A DNA stretch of 30,930 bases. It comes from an uncultured Nitrosopumilaceae archaeon (lineage in GTDB: Archaea > Thermoproteota > Nitrososphaeria > Nitrososphaerales > Nitrosopumilaceae). Positions 16,684-25,793 of this stretch are shown in pieces. Below the pieces are notes generated by a model. The model was not told the origin of the DNA and did no database searches. It saw nothing but the letters and a program-made list of their open reading frames with translations. Location of the stretch: positions 6,630 through 37,559 of the forward strand of contig CAYSWR010000001.1 in NCBI GenBank assembly GCA_964434855.1, written 5' to 3'. The first letter of the stretch is position 1, and each line of letters opens with the position of its first letter. The position numbers were made by a program, and so were the translations under genes.

Positions 16684-18246
16684 TTATGGTTTTTTAAAGT
16701 CAGTTGTAGATGATACATCGTTAACAGAACTAGTTGCAGAAACTGATTTTATTTCTGGTGCCACTTGTTTTGATTCATCTACAGGTAGTGACTTGTCCTT
16801 TTCTGGAAGCTTTGATGCACCACTTTCTGGTGAAACAGCAATTGGTTTTGGAATTTCTTTTTCTATTGCTGGAGGTGGGGTTGGAATTTTCTTTGCCTCA
16901 TTCATACCATATCTGTAAACATGGAACATTCCTGCAAATACGAGAGTAATCACTCCCGTAAGGAAAAGATTAAAGTTATTCATACCTGATAGTGCTGCAT
17001 TATAAGCTGCGATGTTAAGATAAACTTGGAATCCTAATAGTGCTATAATTAACCAATTTATCCACTTTGCAGACAAATGTATTTGTGCTACTTTTTGTGG
17101 TCCTTTAGACGCAGCAAGTTTCGCTTTCCTTTCTGCTTCCTTTGACATTTTTATCATCATGTACGAAAATCCAAATCCAAGCGGTACAAGCAAGATCATT
17201 ACAGTATAGAACAATATCGGATCTATGACGAGTCTTTGCACAAGTGGCATTGCAGTATCTGGCGATATGTAGAATCCCCAGTATGTAGTGACCATGATTT
17301 GTGCAATACCTGTGATTCCAAACGCAGTAACAAGGGGCCTGTCTTTCCAAGAGAATTTCTTGTATCGGTCAATAAATGGAACTATGAGTAGCGCTAAGAT
17401 AAACAGTCCAGGCCAGAGTACACCAGTTACAAACTTGTCATATTGTGTTCTAAGAAATGCATACAATCCAGTAAGATACCATTCAGGTACAGTAATGCCT
17501 GGTGGTACTGTTGGTTCAAACTTGAAACCCATATCAACTGGAAAGACACCACCTGTGATTAGAATGGCACCAGAAATTGCCATAACCATAGGTACATCAA
17601 ACACCAAAAATCTTGGCATGTGAACAGCCATTAATCCAAGCATTACTACAGGAAGAATAAACACATGTTGTGCATAAAATCTTAAAACAAAATCATGAAA
17701 TCCGCTACCAAACATTGCCTCACGTATTGTAGGTCCTGCAATTGGGATCGAATTGGTAAGTGATGCGGCAATACTAATTGCAAGTTCAGCACGTTCACTA
17801 AATATGATATCATATCCTGTAAATGCCTCGAGAATAGTTACTGTTCCAAGTATGACTCCTGTGACCCATAAAATTTCGTTTCGTATTTTGTATCTACCAC
17901 TAAAGTACTGATAATACATGTGCAAAATTGCCAGAAGTACCATTGCGTTTGATGCATGATAATGTATGTTTCTAATATGGAAACCAAATGGAACATCATT
18001 GTTTATTTTTTCTACACTATCCCACGCTCTATTCAATATTGGTTCATAATAAAACATCAAAAGTGCACCACTTATTCCTAGAATTATAAAAGTGACAAAT
18101 GTCAGCATGCCAAGAAATCCGAATGGGCTCACAAATCTTGCTGGAAACGAAAACTTTGAACCAATGAATACAGTTCTGTCTAGCCCATCCCATACCCAGT
18201 AAAAGAAGTCGAGAAGACCGTTTCTACGACTTAACGAAACGACCAT
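16684..18246 (-). CDS. Cytochrome b (b6-like, fused with subunit IV-like and extra C-terminal TMs) of a complex III analogue
   Basis: Haem-ligand pairs by hand count are H-x13-H (HYHASNAMVLLAILH) and H-x14-H (HVFILPVVMLGLMAVH). It is 520 aa with additional TMs and a ~70 aa Pro/Lys/Ser/Glu-rich tail. Confidence 0.85.
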   Translation of the reverse strand: MVVSLSRRNGLLDFFYWVWDGLDRTVFIGSKFSFPARFVSPFGFLGMLTFVTFIILGISGALLMFYYEPILNRAWDSVEKINNDVPFGFHIRNIHYHASNAMVLLAILHMYYQYFSGRYKIRNEILWVTGVILGTVTILEAFTGYDIIFSERAELAISIAASLTNSIPIAGPTIREAMFGSGFHDFVLRFYAQHVFILPVVMLGLMAVHMPRFLVFDVPMVMAISGAILITGGVFPVDMGFKFEPTVPPGITVPEWYLTGLYAFLRTQYDKFVTGVLWPGLFILALLIVPFIDRYKKFSWKDRPLVTAFGITGIAQIMVTTYWGFYISPDTAMPLVQRLVIDPILFYTVMILLVPLGFGFSYMMIKMSKEAERKAKLAASKGPQKVAQIHLSAKWINWLIIALLGFQVYLNIAAYNAALSGMNNFNLFLTGVITLVFAGMFHVYRYGMNEAKKIPTPPPAIEKEIPKPIAVSPESGASKLPEKDKSLPVDESKQVAPEIKSVSATSSVNDVSSTTDFKKP

Positions 18247-18835
18247 ATCCTACAACTCCATTTTCATTTACATTCCATTTTGCTGGAGAAATCCATAAGA
18301 ATCCATCGGCATCGGCTTCAAGTGTTAGTCTAGCAAGAGTATTTGATGGAGGAGCTTGAAGTGAAGCTGGTCCTACAAAGGCTGTTCCTGTAAGAGGGTT
18401 GTACATACTTCCGTGGCATGGGCATTCACCTCTCTTTCTTCCCTCTTCTGGCCAATATTTCCATAAACACCAAAGATGCAAGCACACCATACTATAAGCA
18501 CGAAAAGCACTAACATCTTTTGCATCACCACCAAGTTCTGATGAGAGTCTGATAAATTGCCATTTTCTAAAAGCCTCTTCATCAAGTACACTGTCTCCCG
18601 TTTTTGGATATGTAATAACTTCTGCGTGATTAACTGGAAAAGTGTTAACATTAGCATGAGTGTCATCTGGCAGGATCACTTTTGCCTTTTCCAATGAAGT
18701 AGTATCTGGATTTGGCATAAAATTTCCCCATGGAACATATGGAGCAAATGCAAGTCCTGTTCCTGCAGCACCCAATAGTTTTAGAAAATCTCGTCTGGAT
18801 AGTGTACTCTTGGTACCAGAATCCTGTTCGGACAT
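18224..18835 (-). CDS. Rieske [2Fe-2S] subunit of complex III with a twin-arginine signal
   Basis: Tat motif SRRDFLKLLGAAG. The Rieske boxes are CLHLWC and CPCHGS. It overlaps the cytochrome b start by 23 nt. Confidence 0.9.
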   Translation of the reverse strand: MSEQDSGTKSTLSRRDFLKLLGAAGTGLAFAPYVPWGNFMPNPDTTSLEKAKVILPDDTHANVNTFPVNHAEVITYPKTGDSVLDEEAFRKWQFIRLSSELGGDAKDVSAFRAYSMVCLHLWCLWKYWPEEGRKRGECPCHGSMYNPLTGTAFVGPASLQAPPSNTLARLTLEADADGFLWISPAKWNVNENGVVGYGRFVKS

Positions 18836-18859
18836 GCAAGCTTTCGTTTTTGAAAAATT

Positions 18860-18870
18860 GCATATAAACC
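18860..18870 (-). promoter_or_regulatory. Putative TATA box for the Rieske/cytochrome b operon
   Basis: The minus strand reads 'ggtttatatgc', ending about 24 nt before the Rieske ATG (18835). It lies within the 40 bp spacer after the protease stop codon. Confidence 0.4.
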
Positions 18871-18875
18871 TTGTT

Positions 18876-21800
18876 CTAGTGTTTCTTAGAAATTTTGGTT
18901 TTTGTAGCTATTATTATGGCAACTGTTGCAATTACTATTCCAATGATTATTCCTTGTAGCAAAATAAAGTTTTGATCTAATACTACTTTTGGGTTTTCAA
19001 AGAATGGTCTGTTGTCTATGTTTATTATGATCTTTTTTGATATTTCATTTCCCGCCAAGTCTTTTGCAGAAATCCAAATGTCAGACTCTCCATTTTCCAG
19101 TGTCCTTGTATCAAACTGGATAAATTTCTTGTCCGATACAGTACCATTAGGTAGCAGTATGCTAATTCCTCCTGCAGCTGGCAAATTCTGTTCAGATACA
19201 TCAACATCTATAGAAATAATGTTTGAGACAAGTGATCCATTTGTTGGAGATTTGATGAGAATCTCAGGGGGTTTGTTATCAACTTTGAATCCAACATCTT
19301 TCTCTGCACGGTGACCAACTGTGTCAGTAACACTTACTTTTAGAGTATGAGCGCCTTCTGTGAGAAGATCAGATGGGATAGAAGACTTTGCGTTGATTTC
19401 AATTTCATTTCCATCAAGAGAGTATCTCATAGTGTCAATGTTTTCTTCTATTATTTCTGGTTGAATTTTATATGTACTATTGATAAATTCAGGAACTACA
19501 AACAATATTTGCGGATCTTTTTCGTCTGGTAAGATCGTAGAAAACTTGGCAGTTACCGTTATAGGTTCTGCAAGAGATTGTCCTCCAAACAAAGTAGAAT
19601 GCATCAAAACAGAATATGTTCCTGTTTGGTTTATTGGAGCATATAGCACTGTGGATGTATCATCTTTGTTTTTTATTGGAAAGAATCCTCCACCTTCACT
19701 AAATGGACTTGTACCAAGCCAATCGCCAGTAGGCCATCCCTGAAAATGACCAAGTACTCCTGGTGGAACATTTGTTTGAACAATTCTTCCTGCAGGATCA
19801 ATTACAAACACAGAAAGGTTTGTGTCTTTGTTTTCCCATGAAATGTTTAACGCTGCAGAGTTTATTGTCTTGTCTTGTACATCAAAGTAATACTGCCTCC
19901 AATCTCCTGCATTATACCTGTTTGTCATATCAAAAGCACCACCAATGTATCCATTTCCATACAATGCATCGTCTTTCTGTGAACCTTCTATCACAGTTGG
20001 AAGATCTTTTCCTGTAATTCTTTTTGTGACAGCATAAGAAACAGGCACGTTTACTTCGTGTAAAATACCTTGGAATGAGATAAAGCCTTGATAAACTCCA
20101 GGTTGAGAATCTTGTGGAGCGATAAGTGTTGCAACAAGATCAGATGAGCTATTTGGTTGTACTTCGATATGATCATAGTTTACCCAGACAGATTCCCAGC
20201 TTTCCTTTTTGTAAAAGCTAGTTGTAATTGTATAATCCATGGAGGTAGAATTTTTCTTTGTATCACCAATCCAGTATGAGTATTTAGTTGGTACCGGATA
20301 TACGCCTATTAACGGAGTATTTTTGAATTTTGAATTTGGTTCCGCAATTCTTAACTCTTGTACTGTTCCCCACGATCCACCGCGATTTATCAGAGAAAGT
20401 TCGTCATATGTTACTTTGGTATCATTATTTTTGTCATGCCAATCATATAGGTACACTGACGAAATCTTCATGTCATTAGCGTAGATCTTTTCGGTTTTAT
20501 TCATGAAATTATCAAATGGGAAATTCACGTTTATGATCATTAGTGATGCATCGTTTGGTATTGGTTTCTTTTTTTCAAAGAATGCGTTCATTTCTTTGTC
20601 TTTGGTGATATTTTCAAGAGGAATGTAATTCGGTCTGAATGTACCTGATTTGTTCATGAGTGGATCTTGTAATCTGACTTCAGTTGTACTGTTGTATTGA
20701 TATTTTTTAACGAGTTCTAGGGTTTGTGGCTTTATTGTTATGTCAAGAGTTCTGTTTGTAGGATTTTCTATTGTAAAGGTTGCAAAAGTTCTCTCACTAG
20801 GATAGAGTCTACCACCAAACCAAGGAGTCATAGGAAAGGATGTATCATTTAAACGAAAATTTTCTATTCCAAAAGAGGATGAATTTATCATATTCATTGG
20901 CACGTCAAGAATTTTTTTTATATTAGCATATGACGCATTATTGTATACAATAAAGGCACCACTTTTTCCCTTGACAAAGTTTACTGCATTTTCTACATTT
21001 ACAATTCCTGTTCCTTGTGTGAATGGATCATTTTCTAAATCAGTAGCAGTTGACATTAAAATATTTTTGAGTTTGAATGGATCATATTCTTTGTTTTGTT
21101 GTTTCATACTTTCCATCAATATTGCAGCAGAGCCAGCAACAAGTGGTCCTGCCATGCTTGTTCCTCCAAACATTGTAAATGGATCGGTTGCGTTTTTGAT
21201 CTTTTTTGTAACGCTTGAAGGTGTAAAGCTGTATGCACCAATACTCATCAGATCTGGTTTTGGATCTCCTATTATTCCAGGACCTCTGCTTGAAAAATCT
21301 GCTATTTCATTAGATGATGTAGTAGTATTTCCAAATCTTGGTTGATTCTTAAATGAACCGTATCCAACAAAGACATTGTTAGTTGTTGCCCCTACACTAA
21401 GACCGAATGGGGCCACATTTGGCAATCCCATAGTTCCATATCCATGGCCTGCATTTCCAGCACTGCTAACAATGAGTACTCCAGGATAATTCTTGTCAAT
21501 TGAACCTGGGACAGTAAGAGTACTCAGAATAAGTGACAAAACATCAAGACCGGGTACTGATTGCAGAGTTGGAAAGTTAGAAACTCCCCAACTGTTTGAT
21601 ATTATATCAACTCTAGGTTTTCCTTCAAATATCCAATGATTATTTTCTTGATGAAAACCTGATGCCCATAACCAAGCATATACTGCATCACCAAACCACA
21701 ATGCCTTTATTGGAACAATTTTTGCTCCTGGTGCGACTCCTTTTAGTGAATATTTTGTTGAATTACCATAAATATCGTATTTTTCAATTCCTTTTGATGT

Positions 21801-23105
21801 TATAGATGCAGCACTTGATGTACCATGGCCTAGAAAGTCATACATCACGCCAAAGTAATTTCCTTCTGGATCAATTGGAAATAACAAAGTACCATTTGTT
21901 GCACGGATTTTCGGTTCAATAAGAGATGGTTTTTTTATAACACCATAAATATCGAGTACTCGGGCACCTAAAGTTCCTGTACTATAATCAAATTTCCCAT
22001 CTTTGTCAGAGTCATACAAGAAAAATTCTTTTCCATTTCCCAAAGTAATTGGATTTTCATCAGTAAAATCAAAATCATATTTTGGAGGTTTGTTATCTTT
22101 TACTTCAAAACGTGTGAAATCAATCCAAGAGGTAGACATGTCAGGTACGACAGTATCATAAAGACCTGCAACTTTAGAATCCAAAACAAGTACTGGAACA
22201 AGCTGTAATCGTGCAAATGTGCCTTGTAACGTTCCTTGATAAATTACACCTAAGTGATATATTCCGCTTTTTGAAACAAGATAATCTCTGTTATTTTTGC
22301 CAATTTTCATATCGTTTGATATAGTACCATTAAGGACGGGAGCTCCGCCAGTGGGAAAGAGCGAGTTAAAGACTAAAACCGAAGTACCGTTGCCCTTTTT
22401 TGCGAGATTTAGAAACACTCCATCTGAATTTACATATACTGAAGAAGTGATATTTTTTGGAATTGGTTTTGTATAATTTGTGATCACTCCTTTGGCGTTT
22501 ATGTTTGCAATAAACGTAGCATTTGTCAAGACTAGGCCTTGACCATCTGCATCAATCATTATAGGATGATTGTTTTGGTCACGTGCAAGCGAGTCTTGAA
22601 CATCAGGATTTGAAAAATCGGTTCCTGTATCAACTATACCTATTGTTATTCCCTTACCGTCGTAACCATATTTTCTAAAAACTTCATCAGAACCTGTTAT
22701 AGGACCAATTCTTGATGCTTCTGAAACAGTTTTGTTGTTTAGTGATTCAGGTAGAGAATCAAACTCTAATTGAAAATCTTCAATTATTTTATATCCTTTT
22801 GATTTAAGATCAGATATTTCATTTTGATAGAAAGTTCCAACTGAGAAAAATCCTTTATCAGAACTTATTCCATATGCTAGATTCTCTGCAGATGATCTTA
22901 CATCAGAAATAGAACCAGAACCAAAGACAATGTATCTTTTGATTTGATTTTCTATAACGGGGGGAGATATTTTGATAATATCTGAATTTTCAAGATTCCA
23001 TTGAGGTGTTGATTGCACTAGATCAACATCATAGAATCCATAAGAGGACCTGGTAAATGCTGATACTAGCAATATGAGAATTAAAAAAAATGCCAATTTT
23101 GGCAT
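18876..23105 (-). CDS. Giant secreted, C-terminally membrane-anchored subtilisin-like (S8) serine protease, pyrolysin/TPPII-like
   Basis: The triad is in D-H-S order: IGIVDTGTD (Asp codon 22629-22631), LGHGTSSAAS (His codon 21825-21827) and GGTSMAGP (Ser codon 21156-21158), with an oxyanion SNSWG. The signal peptide is MPKLAFFLILILLVSAFTRSSYG, so the start is set at 23105. Two Ig-like domains near the C-terminus are followed by a TM plus basic tail (IIIGIVIATVAIIIATKTKISKKH). Confidence 0.85.
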   Translation of the reverse strand: MPKLAFFLILILLVSAFTRSSYGFYDVDLVQSTPQWNLENSDIIKISPPVIENQIKRYIVFGSGSISDVRSSAENLAYGISSDKGFFSVGTFYQNEISDLKSKGYKIIEDFQLEFDSLPESLNNKTVSEASRIGPITGSDEVFRKYGYDGKGITIGIVDTGTDFSNPDVQDSLARDQNNHPIMIDADGQGLVLTNATFIANINAKGVITNYTKPIPKNITSSVYVNSDGVFLNLAKKGNGTSVLVFNSLFPTGGAPVLNGTISNDMKIGKNNRDYLVSKSGIYHLGVIYQGTLQGTFARLQLVPVLVLDSKVAGLYDTVVPDMSTSWIDFTRFEVKDNKPPKYDFDFTDENPITLGNGKEFFLYDSDKDGKFDYSTGTLGARVLDIYGVIKKPSLIEPKIRATNGTLLFPIDPEGNYFGVMYDFLGHGTSSAASITSKGIEKYDIYGNSTKYSLKGVAPGAKIVPIKALWFGDAVYAWLWASGFHQENNHWIFEGKPRVDIISNSWGVSNFPTLQSVPGLDVLSLILSTLTVPGSIDKNYPGVLIVSSAGNAGHGYGTMGLPNVAPFGLSVGATTNNVFVGYGSFKNQPRFGNTTTSSNEIADFSSRGPGIIGDPKPDLMSIGAYSFTPSSVTKKIKNATDPFTMFGGTSMAGPLVAGSAAILMESMKQQNKEYDPFKLKNILMSTATDLENDPFTQGTGIVNVENAVNFVKGKSGAFIVYNNASYANIKKILDVPMNMINSSSFGIENFRLNDTSFPMTPWFGGRLYPSERTFATFTIENPTNRTLDITIKPQTLELVKKYQYNSTTEVRLQDPLMNKSGTFRPNYIPLENITKDKEMNAFFEKKKPIPNDASLMIINVNFPFDNFMNKTEKIYANDMKISSVYLYDWHDKNNDTKVTYDELSLINRGGSWGTVQELRIAEPNSKFKNTPLIGVYPVPTKYSYWIGDTKKNSTSMDYTITTSFYKKESWESVWVNYDHIEVQPNSSSDLVATLIAPQDSQPGVYQGFISFQGILHEVNVPVSYAVTKRITGKDLPTVIEGSQKDDALYGNGYIGGAFDMTNRYNAGDWRQYYFDVQDKTINSAALNISWENKDTNLSVFVIDPAGRIVQTNVPPGVLGHFQGWPTGDWLGTSPFSEGGGFFPIKNKDDTSTVLYAPINQTGTYSVLMHSTLFGGQSLAEPITVTAKFSTILPDEKDPQILFVVPEFINSTYKIQPEIIEENIDTMRYSLDGNEIEINAKSSIPSDLLTEGAHTLKVSVTDTVGHRAEKDVGFKVDNKPPEILIKSPTNGSLVSNIISIDVDVSEQNLPAAGGISILLPNGTVSDKKFIQFDTRTLENGESDIWISAKDLAGNEISKKIIINIDNRPFFENPKVVLDQNFILLQGIIIGIVIATVAIIIATKTKISKKH

Positions 23106-23136
23106 GGTAGAGAAATCTATTCTTTGTCTATTATAG

Positions 23137-24144
23137 CTATCTTCGTCTAGCAAGAATTGTTATTTGTAAAGCAATGATCACTGCAATTAATGCTACAATT
23201 GGTAGAAACAACGAATTAAATTGTCCAGATGCTTCTTCTATGTTCTTTACTGAATCAGAAATTAGTTTAACACTATTATCGATGTTTTTATTAGTTTCAA
23301 TTAGAGAGACTTGACTTTTTTCAAGTGTTGACCCAAATTCTCTTGTTTCATTTTTTAGTTTATCTAATTCTTCAGATGTAGAATGTAGTATAGAATTTAG
23401 TTGTAAAATCTGATTAGATATCCCTTCTATGTCCTGTTTTAAAACAACAGTTGCAGCGGAACCGTTGGACACGGTTCCTTGATTGAATGAAACTATATGA
23501 AATACGTATGTTCCTTCCTGAGTGGGAGTATAATCTGCATAATAGATTCCTTGGTGAAGTGTTTTAAATGAAAGCGCTAAACTTATGACTTCGCCTGTTG
23601 GCAAATGGACATGTGATGTTCCTAAAAGTTTTTCAGGAGAACCCGCAACTAATGCTCCATCACTTGTAGTTTGTACAAATATTCTAATAGGAGCATTCAC
23701 GGCTGCGGTCTGTGGTGCAAAAACAAGTGTGTTTACAGTTCTTTGTACTGGAACTTCAACAAGCTCAGATGATGGAGCAAATTTTACATCTACTTTTTGT
23801 GAGAACCCTTTTTCTTGATTAGAGATTATTTCTACGGTGTATGTCCCATAGGGAAATGTGGTAGATGGGCTAGGCCAAGTAATTAGTACGTGTAGAAATT
23901 CACCTTTTCCATCAGCAGCAATTTGATCAAATTTTGCAATTGTACCATCTGGGGCAAACAATCTCAGAATCAAGCCATCATTAGGGAGTGCTTTTCCATA
24001 AACAAGCAGTGGTTGTCCGTCAGAATACACTTTGTTATCAGTAAATAATTGAAGAGATTCTGCATATGCTGCGGATAAATTAATTGATAAGATTAAAAGA
24101 AATAATAGCTCTGCTTTTGTTTTCAATTCATTCATGATGACCAT
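23137..24144 (-). CDS. Secreted surface protein with two beta-sandwich domains, a coiled coil and a C-terminal TM anchor
   Basis: Signal peptide (ELLFLLILSINLSAAYA). Two similar beta-rich modules end in GTYTVEI and GTYVFHI. A heptad-like helical region (ILQLNSILHSTSEELDKLKNETREF..) follows, then the TM plus RRR tail. It ends 31 nt upstream of the protease start. Confidence 0.6.
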   Translation of the reverse strand: MVIMNELKTKAELLFLLILSINLSAAYAESLQLFTDNKVYSDGQPLLVYGKALPNDGLILRLFAPDGTIAKFDQIAADGKGEFLHVLITWPSPSTTFPYGTYTVEIISNQEKGFSQKVDVKFAPSSELVEVPVQRTVNTLVFAPQTAAVNAPIRIFVQTTSDGALVAGSPEKLLGTSHVHLPTGEVISLALSFKTLHQGIYYADYTPTQEGTYVFHIVSFNQGTVSNGSAATVVLKQDIEGISNQILQLNSILHSTSEELDKLKNETREFGSTLEKSQVSLIETNKNIDNSVKLISDSVKNIEEASGQFNSLFLPIVALIAVIIALQITILARRR

Positions 24145-24187
24145 CGCCTATAGATATTGGTTCTGGTAAAAATAATAGAGTTACAGG

Positions 24188-24808
24188 TTAATCTTGAACA
24201 TATCTTTCTATATCCATTGAATTTATAGCGGCCAACGAATAATTGTTTTGTTCTTTTTTTAATATTGTAAGAGAAGCATTTCGTATTATTAGTTCGTAAA
24301 GAGATTCTGGTTTTAGATGTAAAATTGTAGAAATCATAGCTTTAATCGGATCCATGTGTGTTACAAGTAAAACGTTTTGCCCTTTGTGTTCTTTTGAACA
24401 ATAGTTTGCTATGTCTAACACTCTTTTTTTAACATTGGAAAATGTCTCCACTCCATTCTCCTCAATAATTGGATTATCTTGATAGAATTTTAGAAACACA
24501 TTACCATATTTTGTAAACATGTCTTCATAAAACATGCCTGAGAACATTCCCATCTCAATCTCAGTTAGTCTTGAATCTGTTTTGACTTCCAGATTAAGGC
24601 TTTTGGCGGCTAATTTTGCTGTACTTATTGCTCTTTCAATAGGACTGGAATAAATAGCTGAGATTTCAAGAGGTTTTAAGAATTTAGCAATCTTTTCTGC
24701 TTGTTGAAGACCTGTTTGTGTGAGTGGAAATCCCTCTTTACGCCCAGCAAGAATTCGTTCTACATTGTTTTTTGCTTGCGCGTGACGTAGAAAAATTATC
24801 AAAGACAA
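24188..24808 (-). CDS. Histidine phosphatase superfamily protein (phosphoglycerate mutase-like)
   Basis: N-terminal LIIFLRHAQA (RHG-type motif), the second His in LLVTHMDPI, and a TEIEMG acidic residue. Confidence 0.75.
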   Translation of the reverse strand: MSLIIFLRHAQAKNNVERILAGRKEGFPLTQTGLQQAEKIAKFLKPLEISAIYSSPIERAISTAKLAAKSLNLEVKTDSRLTEIEMGMFSGMFYEDMFTKYGNVFLKFYQDNPIIEENGVETFSNVKKRVLDIANYCSKEHKGQNVLLVTHMDPIKAMISTILHLKPESLYELIIRNASLTILKKEQNNYSLAAINSMDIERYVQD

Positions 24809-24862
24809 GAGTGTTTCAGATTTTAAAGAAGAGATAATAATAACATTACCAGCGTTTGTTTT

Positions 24863-25534
24863 ATGAAAATAGGAATCGTAGGTGGAACAGGTGGGATGGG
24901 AAAAGGTTTTGCCTTAAGATGGTGTGTAAATCATGATATTTTGATTGGCTCACGTGATGCAACAAAAGCAATACAAGCAGCTCTTGAATACTCAAATAAT
25001 GCTACTGAACTTTATGGTTCTGTAAAAGGCAAGATAACGGGAAACGATAATGTTTCCGTAGCTAAAGAAAGTGACGTTTTGGTTTTATCTATTCCATATG
25101 AAAACATAGATTCAACTTGTCCTGCCATACTTTCTAACATAAAAGACAACTGTATTGTGATTTCTCCAATAGTGCCTATGATAAAAACCAATTCAGGGTT
25201 TGAATTCATTTCTTTTATTGAAAAAAAACCCTCTGCCTTTGAAACGGTACAAAAACACATGAAAGATAAAACAAAGCTTGTTGCTGCATTTCACACAGTA
25301 TCAGAAAAAAAACTAGTAGACCCTAATCTTGTTTTGGATTCTGACATATTCATCTGCGGTGATGATCAAAAAGCAATTGAAACAGTCAGTGGATTAGTTA
25401 GAGAAATAAAGAATCTCAGACCTCTCATTCTTGGTCCTGGTTCACTTTCGTATTTAGCAGAAGTTGCAACACCGATACTTTTGAATGCAATGATAAGAAA
25501 CAAGATGAAGAATCCGGGATTAAAGATAGTTTAA
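24863..25534 (+). CDS. fno: NADPH-dependent F420 reductase (Fno/NpdG)
   Basis: MKIGIVGGTGGMGKGFALRW closely resembles the N-terminus of characterised archaeal Fno (..GGTGNLGKGLALR..). 223 aa. Confidence 0.8.
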   Translation: MKIGIVGGTGGMGKGFALRWCVNHDILIGSRDATKAIQAALEYSNNATELYGSVKGKITGNDNVSVAKESDVLVLSIPYENIDSTCPAILSNIKDNCIVISPIVPMIKTNSGFEFISFIEKKPSAFETVQKHMKDKTKLVAAFHTVSEKKLVDPNLVLDSDIFICGDDQKAIETVSGLVREIKNLRPLILGPGSLSYLAEVATPILLNAMIRNKMKNPGLKIV

Positions 25535-25559
25535 AGTCTACAAAATTTAGAATGACAAT

Positions 25560-25793
25560 ATGAGAATGATCAATCGCCATGGACGTAATTGGTTTACTGC
25601 CATGGGAGTTTTGTTCATTGTAGTTGCGTCTATAGTAATTATCAGAAATTTACTTATCTGGGGACCAGAATTTGTGTGGGACTTTTTTCTATCTAATAAA
25701 ATTACAAATGAAAAAATTTCTGTAGGAATGATTTCCTTTGGAGGCTTTTTGTTATACCTAGGATTCAGGAAGACATCAGATGAGACAAGATAA
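25560..25793 (+). CDS. Possible small two-TM membrane protein (77 aa)
   Basis: It has two hydrophobic segments (FTAMGVLFIVVASIVIIRNLLIW and ISVGMISFGGFLLYLGF). It is co-oriented with, and sits between, fno and the PPOX gene. The competing antisense ORF looks less protein-like. Confidence 0.4.
   Translation: MRMINRHGRNWFTAMGVLFIVVASIVIIRNLLIWGPEFVWDFFLSNKITNEKISVGMISFGGFLLYLGFRKTSDETR

Noticed and set aside
16232-21345. Multiple 60-134 aa ORFs antisense to the cupredoxin, cytochrome b, Rieske and protease genes (e.g. 16232..16528, 17288..17623, 18660..18959, 20941..21345)
   Set aside because: All are embedded in long, motif-supported genes on the opposite strand, and none has its own promoter-like box or recognisable domain.
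23106-23153. N-terminal extension (MLDEDSYNRQRIDFST) of the protease ORF, overlapping the upstream gene
   Set aside because: The Met at 23105 begins a textbook signal peptide (MPKLAFFLILILLVSAF..). The extension would bury it and create a 17-nt overlap, so the shorter start is preferred. N-terminal extensions at 5754..5798, 10626..10634 and 28970..29035 were trimmed for analogous reasons.
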